Under the pieces are notes generated by a model that was given only the letters and a program-made list of their open reading frames with translations, had not been told where the DNA came from and did not search any database. A DNA stretch of 64,000 bases, from the NCBI GenBank assembly GCA_002269645.1, contig NIVC01000136.1, positions 372,001-436,000 on the forward strand, written 5' to 3'. Every line of letters starts with the position of its first letter. The first letter of the stretch is position 1. Made by a program: the position numbers and the translations under genes. Of this stretch, positions 1 to 11,166 are shown one piece after another. The stretch is from Macrostomum lignano. Its lineage: Eukaryota.

Positions 1-3000
1 TTCTGCTGGCGTTTGGCTTCTTATCCTCCTTTGCTTGGCTTTCATCCACTGAGGATTGGTCGTCTAATGGCTGGAAACCCTTGGGATGAGGCCCGTCCTT
101 GTCTCCTAAGTCGGAGGGCAGAAGGACTGGTTGTTTTGTTTCGTCAGCTGCGGCTTCAGCGTCGGAGTCAGGCGGCGCTGTCGGCTCCTCCCTGTCCCCT
201 GTGTCGCTGAGTTTGCTTCGGTACGACGGCGGTTTCCGAGGTTTATCGTCCCGTCTGCCCGGTTCGGAAGGTACAAATATTGGCACGGGCATCGGCAGGC
301 CACCCTCTGCGTCCTTCTTCTTTTTCCTCTTTTTATCCCGCTTGGCTTCGTCAGAGTCGCCAGCAGCGACGCGGCTCCTCGGGCGCTTGGTTGGTGCAGC
401 TTTCCCACCATCGTCAGCTCCTCCACCGCTGTCAATCTGCAGCTCTGGGGCCTCCTTGCCGCCCTCATGCTGGTCATGCTCTGCGCTTTCATCGTCAGCG
501 TGTGAATCTGCCTGCGCCTGGTGCCTCCGTAGTCGCGGCGTCGGGCTGGGACCCCGGCGCGGCGCCTTCGGCGTTTCGTCATCTGGCGGTTGGGGCGTGA
601 GTCTTCTTCGAGATGGAATCGGAGGTCCGGGGGGCTCCTTGCCACCCTGAATCGCGTCGCGCTCCGTGGGTGGCTCCGTAGGCCGAGCTTCCTGATTTGG
701 TTGGCTCGGCGGGACAATCACACCCACTCCAGACGCTCCAATTATGCCACCTCCAATGCCTGCAGCTCCAGCTGCAGCCGCCGCCGCGGCCGCCATCTTG
801 CCCCCGCCACCCGGCTTGGGTTCCTCGTCCGAGCCATCTTCCAACCCTCTTCCTCCTCGCGGCCTCAGGTTTGACTTAACGTCGTATTCGTCAACCGATT
901 CTTCAGCTGGTGAGTCATGATGTTCGTCTTCGTCCGCTTCGGGCAACTCTTTGCCGCCCTGTTGATGCACAGTCTCCTTTTCTGGCTCGTCGGGCGTTTC
1001 CGCGGTCACAACATCTTTGCGCCCTCGCTTGCCCTTGACGTGGTCCCACAGCTTCTTGCCGCCAACGCCAGCCGCAACTCCTCCCGCGGCACCGGCCACG
1101 GCTCCGGCCAGACCCTTGCCTCCGGGGCCCAGCAGGCCTGCCAGCTTGCTGGATTTGGAGCCGCCTTTGCCGCCGCTGTCGTCTCCGCTGCCACCACCGC
1201 CATCGCTATCGCCGCCGCCTCCAGGCTGTTGTTGCTGCTGCTGCACGATGGTCTTCAGAGTCTGCGGGGCCGCTCCGCCGGCCGCTTTGCCCTTCTTTTT
1301 ACCAAACAGTTTGCTGCCAAGGTAGACCGCTCCGGCACCCACGGCCGCGGCTGCCCCGTATTTAAGAGCGGTCTTCAGAACGCCTCCTTTCTTGTGCTTC
1401 TTGCCGCCGTGACCGCCGCCGCCGCCGCCGTGAGAGCCGTGGCTGTGCGAGCTGCCACTGCTGGAGCTGTGACTGCGCGAGCTGCGACTTCGATGGCTGT
1501 GATGAGAACGGCTGCTTCGACGACTGCGGCTGCTGCGCCGGCTGTGTCGGCTTCTGTTCGAGTCGCCAGAATCCCGCCTTCGTCTGTCTCTGTCGCGACG
1601 GTCGTCCTGCTGCTGCTGCTCCTGCTGCTGATTGCCGCTGCTTCCTGCAACCGCGATTGCCGTGGCGCCGCCGGCACCGGCGAGAACACCGGCTCCAGCG
1701 GCTCCAGCGGCCCCAGCAGCACCTCCGGGCACACCGCCACCGCCACTGCCGCCGTCGTTTCCACCGCTTGGCACTTGTGCCGCGGCGCCTGGTTCTGGAG
1801 CCCCCGATCCAGCGTCTTCAGCGTTCGGCTGCTCGCCGCCACCGGAGCCTCCGCCGCCGCCACCAGTGCTACCGATGCCACCTTCAGGGCCCCCTCCGCC
1901 CTCGTCACCGCCACCGCCTCCATTGCCGGAGCTCCGCGGCTCAGGAGTTTGGTCGTCGGCTGCTCCTCCAGCATCTCCGGTCTCACCAGCGCCTCCATCG
2001 CCTTCGACACCTCCCTCGCCTCCGCCGCGTCCGCCACCTCCGCCGTCAGCATCGCCGCCGCCTCCAGACGGGTCGGCGGGAACAAACGGAGTCACCCGAC
2101 CCGGAGGCTCTTCGTCGCCTTCCTCTCCTTCTCCGCCACTGTCGTCATAGGCTGCGGCCCTGGGCATCGGCATGTCCGGGCCGCCTTCATCTTCGCCTCC
2201 TCCTTCGCCACCTCCTTTGTCCTCACCTGTGCCGCCACCGCCGCCGCTGTCATCGTCAACCCCGCCCGGACGGAACGGTATCGGTCTAGGCAAGTCAGCG
2301 TCGTCATCATATCCCCCATCTTCGTCTCCCGCTACTCCACCACCACCACCGCCACCGCCTTCAAGATTTTCTTCATTGTCGTCATCCACGTCACTGCTCG
2401 GCTGGTCGTTCCAGCCGCGGGGCTGCGGTTCTCCTTCTCCTTCACCGTCGCCTTCGCCCTTGCCTTCGCCTTCGCCTTCGCCCTCGCCTCCACCGCCGCT
2501 TCCGCCTCCGCCATTGATGATGTCATCAGCATCTCCAGAGCCTTCAGGCATGAAGCCGCCCCCTTCACCGTCGCCGCCGCCGCCCTCTCCACCGTCATCG
2601 TCGGAGATGTAGATTGAGTCACCTTCACTAGCTGAGCCTCTCCTCCGTCTCGGTCTGGGAGGTCCGCCGCCGCCTCCACCGCCGTCCTCTTCTCCGCTGT
2701 CCTCTTCGTCACCGATATAGAAGCCGAAGCCGCCCGTCGGCCGGTTGTCTGGCAGGCCGTGCGGGAACAGCAGCGGCAGGCCGAAGTCGTGCTCGTCGCT
2801 GAAGTCGGATCCGGCCTCGTCGGCAATTTTAGCGTCGCTGGCCCGCGGCTTTGGAGGCTCCGGCAGGTTCGGCCGCTGCCTGTGCGGCTTCACCGGCAAC
2901 CGGGGCACCGGCAGCGGTGTCACCGGCGTCGGCTCGTCGAGCTCCGGCAGGCCGCATTGGTAGTCTGGCACCGACAGCTCCTGCGTGAGCTCGTCTCCGT

Positions 3001-3466
3001 CCCGCAGCTGCAGGTCGGCCACCGTCCGAGTGTCCGGCAGCGGTGGCTGACCCTGGCCGAGCAGCCGCAGCGTCTGCACGCCCGCCGGTATACCGTCGTA
3101 GAACTCAATGAGCTGCTTGATGTCGAGCACGGAGTTGCCGGGCTCCAGGAACAGGCTGCACCGGTCGCCGCGCGGATGCCTGATGAAGATCTCCAGCCAC
3201 TCGGTGACTCGCAGCATCAACTGCAGCTCGGCTCCGGGCCTCAGGCCGCACTCGTCCAGCGTCCGGCTCGGATCCAGCGCGGCACCGTTATAGCGCAGCG
3301 CCTGCAGCGCCGGTGGCACCCGCGCCAGCGCCGGCACCTGCAGGGCGATGTGCTGCGCCAGGGCCGTCAGCGGCAGTCGCACCTGCCGTTTCTGGCCGAT
3401 AAAGCCGCGGACGCTGAACTCGATGGCTTCATCGATGTCCACGAGTGAGTCGCCGGTCGAACTCAT
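1..3466 (-). CDS. Long ORF (>=1155 aa, open past the window edge): two tandem ubiquitin-like domains, then Gly/Asp/Glu-rich, RS-rich and charged low-complexity regions
   Basis: ATG at 3466 reads MSSTGDSLVDIDEAIEFSVRGFIGQKRQVRL...LRYNGAALDPSRTLDECGLRPGAELQLMLRVTEWLEIFIRHPRGDRCSLFLEPGNSVLDIKQLIEFYDGIPAGVQTLRLL...LPDTRTVADLQLRDGDEL, i.e. two ubiquitin-fold patterns. I found no stop in the stretches of this frame I translated down to base 1. The track's plus-strand ORFs 917-2617 and 2759-3448 are its in-frame antisense shadows. Confidence 0.8.
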   Translation of the reverse strand, partial: MSSTGDSLVDIDEAIEFSVRGFIGQKRQVRLPLTALAQHIALQVPALARVPPALQALRYNGAALDPSRTLDECGLRPGAELQLMLRVTEWLEIFIRHPRGDRCSLFLEPGNSVLDIKQLIEFYDGIPAGVQTLRLLGQGQPPLPDTRTVADLQLRDGDELTQELSVPDYQCGLPELDEPTPVTPLPVPRLPVKPHRQRPNLPEPPKPRASDAKIADEAGSDFSDEHDFGLPLLFPHGLPDNRPTGGFGFYIGDEEDSGEEDGGGGGGGPPRPRRRRGSASEGDSIYISDDDGGEGGGGDGEGGGFMPEGSGDADDIINGGGGSGGGGEGEGEGEGKGEGDGEGEGEPQPRGWNDQPSSDVDDDNEENLEGGGGGGGGVAGDEDGGYDDDADLPRPIPFRPGGVDDDSGGGGGTGEDKGGGEGGGEDEGGPDMPMPRAAAYDDSGGEGEEGDEEPPGRVTPFVPADPSGGGGDADGGGGGRGGGEGGVEGDGGAGETGDAGGAADDQTPEPRSSGNGGGGGDEGGGGPEGGIGSTGGGGGGSGGGEQPNAEDAGSGAPEPGAAAQVPSGGNDGGSGGGGVPGGAAGAAGAAGAGVLAGAGGATAIAVAGSSGNQQQEQQQQDDRRDRDRRRRDSGDSNRSRHSRRSSRSRRSSRSHHSHRSRSSRSHSSSSGSSHSHGSHGGGGGGHGGKKHKKGGVLKTALKYGAAAAVGAGAVYLGSKLFGKKKGKAAGGAAPQTLKTIVQQQQQQPGGGGDSDGGGGSGDDSGGKGGSKSSKLAGLLGPGGKGLAGAVAGAAGGVAAGVGGKKLWDHVKGKRGRKDVVTAETPDEPEKETVHQQGGKELPEADEDEHHDSPAEESVDEYDVKSNLRPRGGRGLEDGSDEEPKPGGGGKMAAAAAAAAGAAGIGGGIIGASGVGVIVPPSQPNQEARPTEPPTERDAIQGGKEPPGPPIPSRRRLTPQPPDDETPKAPRRGPSPTPRLRRHQAQADSHADDESAEHDQHEGGKEAPELQIDSGGGADDGGKAAPTKRPRSRVAAGDSDEAKRDKKRKKKKDAEGGLPMPVPIFVPSEPGRRDDKPRKPPSYRSKLSDTGDREEPTAPPDSDAEAAADETKQPVLLPSDLGDKDGPHPKGFQPLDDQSSVDESQAKEDKKPNASR

Positions 3467-4649
3467 GCTGCCCCAGCTCTGAGCAGTGCTTAGTTGAGAA
3501 GCCGCTCAGTCAGGTGTTAAAATACAGTTGCAGGGGTGAGGGGGTCAGGAATGAACGAGTCGAGCCATCATCTGTTGAGCACTGTTGGCATGGCAACCTT
3601 TCTGCCTCTCTGCTCGCCCCCCCCCCCAGCGCAGGTTGCTTCTACGCGCGTACATTCATGAGCAGAGTGCTGGGGTTGGTGGAGGGTCCGAGCCTTCGCG
3701 CGGGTCTTAAAAATTGCACCTCTCTGCCCAAGCTTGTGCTCATTTTTCTCTTCTGGCCAAAAGCGCTGCTTTCTTTTGTTCCTCAGTGCAGTGCATCCTT
3801 CGAAAAAGTTATACAAGTAAATTTCCAGAATTTTTGATACCTAAAAAATAGCGGTTTCAATACCATAGCCTACTTACTAGTAGCGTAGTGTGAAGAGGAT
3901 TCTGAAGAAAAAATAATATATCAGGTTTAATTAACTTCTTTCATGTCTATTTAAGTAGTTACAAGTTAAGTATTTAAATAATTATATATATAGTTCAGAT
4001 TCTGTAGGATTTGAGTTCAGATTCTGTAGGATTTGAGTTCAGATTCTGTAGATTTTGAGTTCGGATTCTGTAAGAGTTTGAGTTTGGATCTGTAAACCCT
4101 GAGTTCAGAGTCTGTATGTAGACTGTGGGTTTTTTAAAACTTTCAAAATAAAGAATAAAAAGTCTCAATAATTTTGAAGTGAATTTTTTTAAATAAGGAA
4201 ATATTTTCTGACCATTGTTGCTAAACAACCCAGCTGTTCGCAGCTGACCCAGGTTGGTCTTATTCATTATTTTTAGGGAGGTCATGGACCATTTTTCAAG
4301 CTTAATATACTCGTCTCAACAGCCTTCAGGACAGGTGGTTGTTTGTACTATAGTTAATTTAATAATGATAAAAATATTCCGATGACTCATTAGCACAGAC
4401 AAGTGCGCCCATACTGTACACAGGTACGCACTCATGCACACAGCTCACACAGGGTGTCCAGCGGCCCTCACTTTCCCTGACGTCAGGGCATGTGCACTTT
4501 CTGAGCCTAGGGGTTGGCCCTGCTCAGTTAAGCAGTGTTTTTGCAAAAATCAAAATGAGGATTCGATACAAGAATTATAAATTTCATATCACCTGAAATC
4601 AAACGTTATCTTTTAGCAAAATTCCGGAGCTTTGTTCTATTTAGGTCGA

Positions 4650-5400
4650 ATGAAATTTAAGTCTAATGAAATTTAGGTCTAATGAAATTTAGGTCTGATG
4701 AAATTTAGGTCTAATGAAATTTAGGTCTGATGAAATTTAGGTCTAATGAAATTTAGGTCTGATGAAATTTAGGTCTAATGATATTCAGGTCTAATGAAAT
4801 TTAGGTTTAATGAAATTTAGGTCTAATTAAATTTAGGTCAAATGAAATTTAGGTCTAATGAAATTTAGGTCTAAGGAAATTTAGGTCTAATGATATTTAG
4901 GTCTAATGAAATTTTGGTCTAATGAAATTTAGGTCTAATGAAAATTAGGTCTAATGATATTCAGGTCTAATGAAATTTAGGTCTAATGAAATTTAGGTCT
5001 GATGAAATTTAGGTCTAATGAAATTTAGGTCTGATGAAATTTAGGTCTAAGGAAATTTAGGTCTAATGATATTTAGGTCTAATGAAATTTTGGTCTAATG
5101 AAATTTAGGTCTAATGAAAATTGGGTCTAATGATATTCAGGTCTAATGAAATTTAGGTCTAATGAAATTTAGGTCTAAGGAAATTTAGGTCTAATGATAT
5201 TTAGGTCTAATGAAATTTAAGTCTAATGAAATTTAGGTTTAATGAATTTTTTAAAAAACTTGTGTCTAGTGAGATTTTGGTCTAATGAAATTTAGGTCCA
5301 ATGAAAATTAGGTCTAATGATATTCAGGTCTAATGAAATTTAGGTCTGATGAACTTTAGGTCGAATGAAATTTTTCTAAAAAAATGTGTCTAATGAAATT
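4650..5400. repeat. 16-bp minisatellite AGGTCTAATGAAATTT
   Basis: Tandem copies read directly. Confidence 0.9.
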
Positions 5401-6077
5401 TAGTTCAAAGTAGATTTTGAGCCTGTGAAATTTACATTCATGTCTTACTTCTTATTACGCTATGCCAGTGAAAAAAAATTGAAATTTCGGTCTTCTGAAA
5501 CTGCCTCCTCTGCTTGCACACACAGCTTCGGAGCGAATCGCTGAGCACGCGAGGGCGGCCTCTCAGCCAATGAAATTCACCCTGCACCGCCCCAATGGGG
5601 CAGGCCAGGTTTCAACTGAAATATTTCAGTAGATCGCCAGGGGGGGGGGCACAAATCCCACCGCCGGCCTCCCGCAGAGCGCATTTTCAGCTCAGGCATG
5701 TCAGCTCAGGTTGGCATTAAATTTGAGTCAAATCAACTAAGACTGAGCACGGGCCTTGTTGAGAACAACAATAATAATAATAGTAATAATAATAATAATA
5801 ATAACATCGATGATAACAGGTGCGACAGCTTGACAGTCAAACAGGTGAGTTCTAATAATTATCATAAATGCGTTATTCATTAATTTGTTACTTGGCATTC
5901 ATTATATTTCAGTTGTGATTCCGTGTTGTGCACGTGACATTGAGGATGAAAAAGCGGCAGAGGTTCAGCAGATAAAATGATTGTTAAATTGCAATCAGAT
6001 TGTTGGGCTGAAATGTAATGGAAAAGATTATGTTGGATAGAGAGGGGAAATGTTAAGTAAAAAAAAAAGAAAAATAG

Positions 6078-7620
6078 TAGGTAGAGAGCGGAAATGACAC
6101 GGAAGAGAGCGGAAGATATTTGGTAGAGAGCGGAAGATATTTGGTAGAGAGCGGAAGATATTTGGTAGAGAGCGGAAGATATTTGGTAGAGAGCGGAAGA
6201 TATTTGGTAGAGAGCGGAAGATATTTGGTAGAGAGCGGAAGATATTTGGTAGAGAGCGGAAGATATTTTGTAGAGAGCTGAAGATATTTGGTAGAGAGTG
6301 GAAGATATTTTGTAGAGAGCTGAAGATTTTTTGTAGAGAGCTGAAGATATTTGGTAGAGAGTGGAAGATATTTTGTAGAGAGCTGAAGATTTTTTGTAGA
6401 GAGCTGAAGATATTTGGTAGAGAGTGGAAGATATTTTGTAGAGAGCTGAAGATTTTTTGTAGAGAGCTGAAGATATTTGGTAGAGAGCGGAAAAGTCACG
6501 GAAGAGAGCGGAAGATATTTGGTAGAGAGCGGAAGATGTTTGGTAGAGAGCGGAAAAGAAACGGTAGAGAGTGGAAAATATTTGGTAGAGAGCGGATGAC
6601 TTAAAAGGCACGGGAGGCATCATTACGAAGGTAGAGAACGACAATGCGACAAAAAGCCAGCGGAGGGATTCTTATAGGAGGATCAGGAAGCAGGTTAACA
6701 AGAGGTGGAGACAGACAGCATCCCACTCTCTCAACAAGTCCCAACAACAGGTCCCCTCCCGCAGTGCTGGCACTAGCGGGTCCATTATTTACCTCATAGC
6801 TCAGGTTGCTGTGAGTGCAGCGGACACTGCAGCACAGATCCCCCATTCAGTGTCACAGCGGGCAACCAACTGCATTCTGGGTAGCCACTTACTCACTGGG
6901 AGCGGGAACTCATCTCTAGCAGTTACTCAGTTGCGGCATGCGGGTAGCCTCAGCCTCCCCTACCTGCCTACCAGCCCCACCTGTGAGCTTGTTGGGAACA
7001 CATGTATAGGTGGGGGGGGGGTCCCGCTGGGCGGCTGTCCCATCCAGCTTCAGTAGATGAAGCTAAATGGCGGCTTGGGCGGAAATGAAAAATTAATGTC
7101 ACCTATAATGGCATCCCTGGAGCTCTGGATGCAACAGCTGGAGTTGTGCGCCCTCTGCGGCTTCAGCTTGGAAGCAAAACCAAATCAAGTGGGCGGGGTC
7201 GATAGCGGAAAGATAGGGAACGAGAGGAGGGCAGGATGTGGTAGACAGCTGAAGAAAGAGAGCAATGTTGCAGTAGAGGGCAGAGTAGATAGTGGAAGTG
7301 AGGAGGTAGAGAGCGGAAGTGAGGAGGTAGAGAGCGGAAGTGAGGAGGTAGAGAGCGAAAGTGAAAATGTAGAGAGCGGGAATGAGGAGGTAGAGAGCAG
7401 AAGTGAGGAGGTAGAGAGCGGAAGTGAAAATGTAGAGAGCGGGAATGAGGAGGTAGAGAGCAGAAGTGAGGAGGTAGAGAGCGAAAGTGAAAATGTAGAG
7501 AGCGGGAATGAGGAGGTAGAGAGCAGAAGTGAGGAGGTAGAGAGCGGAAGTGAGGAGGTAGAGAGCGAAAGTGAGAAGGTAGAGAGCGGAAGTGAGGAGG
7601 TAGAGAGCGGAAGTGAGGGT
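6078..7620. repeat. Two related 21-bp minisatellite arrays (GTAGAGAGCGGAAG core) at about 6078-6596 and 7280-7620
   Basis: GGTAGAGAGCGGAAGATATTT and GTAGAGAGCGGAAGTGAGGAG units; these generate the repeat ORFs in the track. Confidence 0.9.
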
Positions 7621-8094
7621 AGATCAACTTTCCCAATCCATTCTCTACCTGGAGAGATGATGTCAACAACTTCTAACGACTGCTGTTTTATCACAAAACA
7701 CTCAGGTAAAAACTTTAGTTGAAACAGAAACAGCACGCTTTGTTTTGTACAGTGTTTTATTATGGTTTCCAATCCAGATTTTACATCCGCAGTTGTCCAT
7801 GACCCCTATTCACATCGCAGCCCGCAGCTGACAAACTCAAAAAACCCTCAGGGGGTTGGGCTCAAGTGACTTGATGGGGTCGTGTTGGAGACTGCCCTGG
7901 TACCTGTTGATGGCAAATCCCCACCCCAACTCAGACTGCTACTGAATGCAGAACTTTAACCTCGTGTTTTGCGCGGCGACAACACCTGCGGCTGCATGGG
8001 GGCTGTGCCTGCGGCTCTCGTGCCCACATTTTAATGGGCCGGTCCGCCAACCGACCCATATAAACTCTGGGGACCGCTGACAACTGCAAAATCA

Positions 8095-8640
8095 GCTATC
8101 CTCCCCCATCCGCTCCTATCCTCCCCCATCCGCTCCTATCCTCCCCCATCCGCTCCTATCCTCCCCCATCCGCTCCTATCCTCCCCCATCCGCTCCTAGC
8201 CTCCCCCATCCGCTCCTATCCTCCTCCATCCGCTCATATCCTCCCCCACCCACCCGCTCCTATCCTCCCCCACCCATCCGCTCCTATCCTCCTCCACCCA
8301 TCCGCTCCTATCCTCCCCCATCCGCTCCTATCCTCCCCCATCCGCTCCTAGCCTCCCCCATCCGCTCCTATCTTCCTCCATCCGCTCATATCCTCCCCCA
8401 CCCACCCGCTCCTATCCTCCCCCACCCATCCGCTCCTATCCTCCTCCACCCATTCGCTCCTATCCTCCCCCATCCGCTCCTATCCTCCCCCATCCGCTCC
8501 TATCCCCCACCATCCGCTCTAATCCTCCCCTACCCATCCGCTCCTATCCTCCCCCACCCATCCGCTCCTATCCTCCCCCATCCGCTCCTATCCCCCACCA
8601 TCCGCTCCTATCCCCCACCATCCGCTCTAATCCTCCCCTA
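8095..8640. repeat. 20-bp C-rich minisatellite CTATCCTCCCCCATCCGCTC
   Basis: Tandem copies. Confidence 0.9.
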
Positions 8641-9112
8641 CCCTACTCAAACAGTCGGATTCGAAGTGATCAGTTGAGCCAGCAGAGCCAGGCGTGGGCC
8701 CTGACACAGCCGCTGACTTTCCTTGACTGATAGCCAAGCACAGAGAAGTCAAGCTGAAGACGCACTGAGCAAATTAACAGACTTGCAGAGCAAACACGGA
8801 ATCAAAACCTCGCCTCAGCGAAGGGGAAAGGGCGCGTCTTTAACGATTAAAAAAGTTGATAAAGTTTTCATCGGAATGGAAACGTGTCTCCCAGCTTCCT
8901 GATGCCGCTGAGTCGGGTGTCTCAGGCATTCAAATTTGTTCAAGCGAGAGGGGCTAAGAAATTAGATAGACTGTTCGCTGAAGGCATGACATCCCGTATT
9001 TACATCCTCCAATGCGTCACTTTTCCCCCGGATCCCAGTCGGATTGCCCAGCGTGACTTCACAATTAGAGACAGTTTGTGCTCAATCTTCTCAGCTGGAA
9101 ACAGCACGCTGC

Positions 9113-9500
<388 letters not shown>

Positions 9501-10109
9501 TACAGACAGACGCGCTCTGACTCGGCCCTCAGCCACCACTGGAGTCGACACTCTCCTCAGCCGCTGACGAGCCGATATGCCACCACTGCGAGGGGCTCAT
9601 CCGGGACCAGTTCTTCCTCCGGGTTGGCGACTTCTTATTTCACTGCGGCTGCCTGAGCTGCTAGGCATGCGGCCTGCATCTGGAGTCCGCAGGCAAATGC
9701 TACTGCAAGGAAGGCCGGATGTACTGCAGGGAGGATTACTGCAGGTGAGCCGAGCTCTTCTTAAGTGTTTTTTTATCCATTGAAATCGCAGATCCTCAAC
9801 TACACGCTTTCCCGGCACGCTTTAAGTGAAGTCGTGTTGCATCTGACAAGCTGGGCAAGAAACCGCACTTTCATTTTTACCCCCTCATTTTCCCTTGGCA
9901 ACAAAACTTATGGCGAAATCTTGCTGCCGGAATTCTTTGCGCTGACCTCTAAATGCAAAAACGCGGTTTTCTGGCGATTTGAGGGAAAAGGGGTCGGATG
10001 TCTGTCTTGACTGGCGCTTTTCAAGAGGATTTATCGAATTAAAGAATTGAAAAATTCTTAGTGTTTAGGCGAGAAAACTCGCAATGCGAATCTTGAACTC
10101 GTGACTGGA

Positions 10110-10840
10110 TAGGATTGGGGAGATTGTCCGGGTGTGAGATTGGGGAGATTGTCCGGGTATGGGATTGGGGAGATTATCCATGTGTGTGATTGTTGAGAAT
10201 ATCTAGGTGTGGGATTGGCGAGATTATCCAGGAGTCGGATTGGGGAGATTATCCAGGTGTGGGATTGGGGAGATTATCTAGGTGTGGGATTGGGGAGATT
10301 ATCCAGGTGTGGGATTGGGGAGATTATCTAGGTGTGGGATTGGGGAGATTATCCAGGTGTGGGATTGGGGAGATTATCTAGGTGTGGGATTGGGGAGATT
10401 ATCCAGGTGTGGGATTGGGGAGATTATCTAGGTGTGGGATTGGGGAGATTATCTAGGTGTGGGATTGGGGAGATTATCCAGGTGTGGGATTGGGGAGATT
10501 ATCCAGGTGTGGGATTGGGGAGATTATCTAGGTGTGGGATTGGGGAGATTATCCAGGTGTGGGATTGGGGAGATTATCTAGGTGTGGGATTGGGGAGATT
10601 ATCTAGGTGTGGGATTGGGGAGATTATCCAGGTGTGGGATTGGGGAGATTATCTAGGTGTGGGATTGGAGAGATTATCCAGGTGTGGGATTGGGGAGATT
10701 ATCTAGGTGTGGGATGGGGAGATTATCTAGGTGTGGGATTGGGGAGATTATCCAGGTGTGGGATTGGGGAGATTATCTAGGTGTGGGATTGGGGAGATTA
10801 TCTAGGTGTGGGATTGGGGAGATTATCGAGGTGTGGGATT
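10110..10840. repeat. 25-bp minisatellite GGTGTGGGATTGGGGAGATTATC(C/T)A, resuming at about 11170-11280 after the SINE
   Basis: Tandem copies on both sides of the SINE insertion. Confidence 0.9.
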
Positions 10841-10859
10841 AGGGCACTTTAAGCGACAT

Positions 10860-11166
10860 AGGCACACAACCGGCGAGAGGCATTACTGCCCATTCCGCCG
10901 ACTCCCCTGAGCAGGCATACAAGCGCGCGGATACGTACGCAGGCACACACTCACACAGGAGTGTACAGCGGCCCTAACTTTAAATTATCGTTAGGCATGT
11001 ACACTTCACTGCGCCTTGGGGGGTTGGCTCTCAAGGCCGTCAATTGCACGAGCAGAGCCAAGCCGAGATTCCAATTCAGCCCCAAATTAATGTGGCTGCA
11101 CTTGGAATCGAGCCTGGGTCGCTGGCACACCAGAGCAGCTGCGCTACCGCTGGGCTACGGCCCCCC
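10860..11166 (-). mobile_element. tRNA-derived SINE (family 1), full-length copy
   Basis: Minus strand GGGGGCCGTAGCCCAGCGGTAG...GGCTCGATTCC gives A and B boxes. The body (AGGCATGTACACTTCACTGCGCC, GTGTACAGCGGCCCT on plus) recurs at 13676-13910 and, more diverged, at about 4376-4545 and 60165-60310. Confidence 0.75.

Noticed and set aside
917-3448. Long plus-strand ORFs (566 aa, 229 aa and others)
   Set aside because: They are in-frame antisense shadows of the GC-rich minus-strand Ubl gene.
4650-5400. Hammerhead ribozyme in the satellite (CTGATGA motif)
   Set aside because: No stem II followed by GAAA and no flanking stems; the motif is a variant of the CTAATGA repeat.
5880-7772. Repeat-derived ORFs here and at 9000-9551, 10190-10842, 15083-15433, 47733-48368, 48911-49529, 57826-58575 and 59149-59854
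   Set aside because: They are translations of mini- or microsatellites lying in introns defined by GT-AG exons; only the 59738-59854 tail is real (NCBP1 last exon).
9662-9664. Alternative genetic code (TAG read as an amino acid)
   Set aside because: NCBP1 (about 854 aa) and CFAP161 have no in-frame TAG in the exons I translated, and the same gene also has a frameshift, so a lesion or error is simpler.
11095-11166. tRNA genes here and at 62005-62075
   Set aside because: A and B boxes are present, but no complete cloverleaf is evident and each continues into a repeated SINE body.
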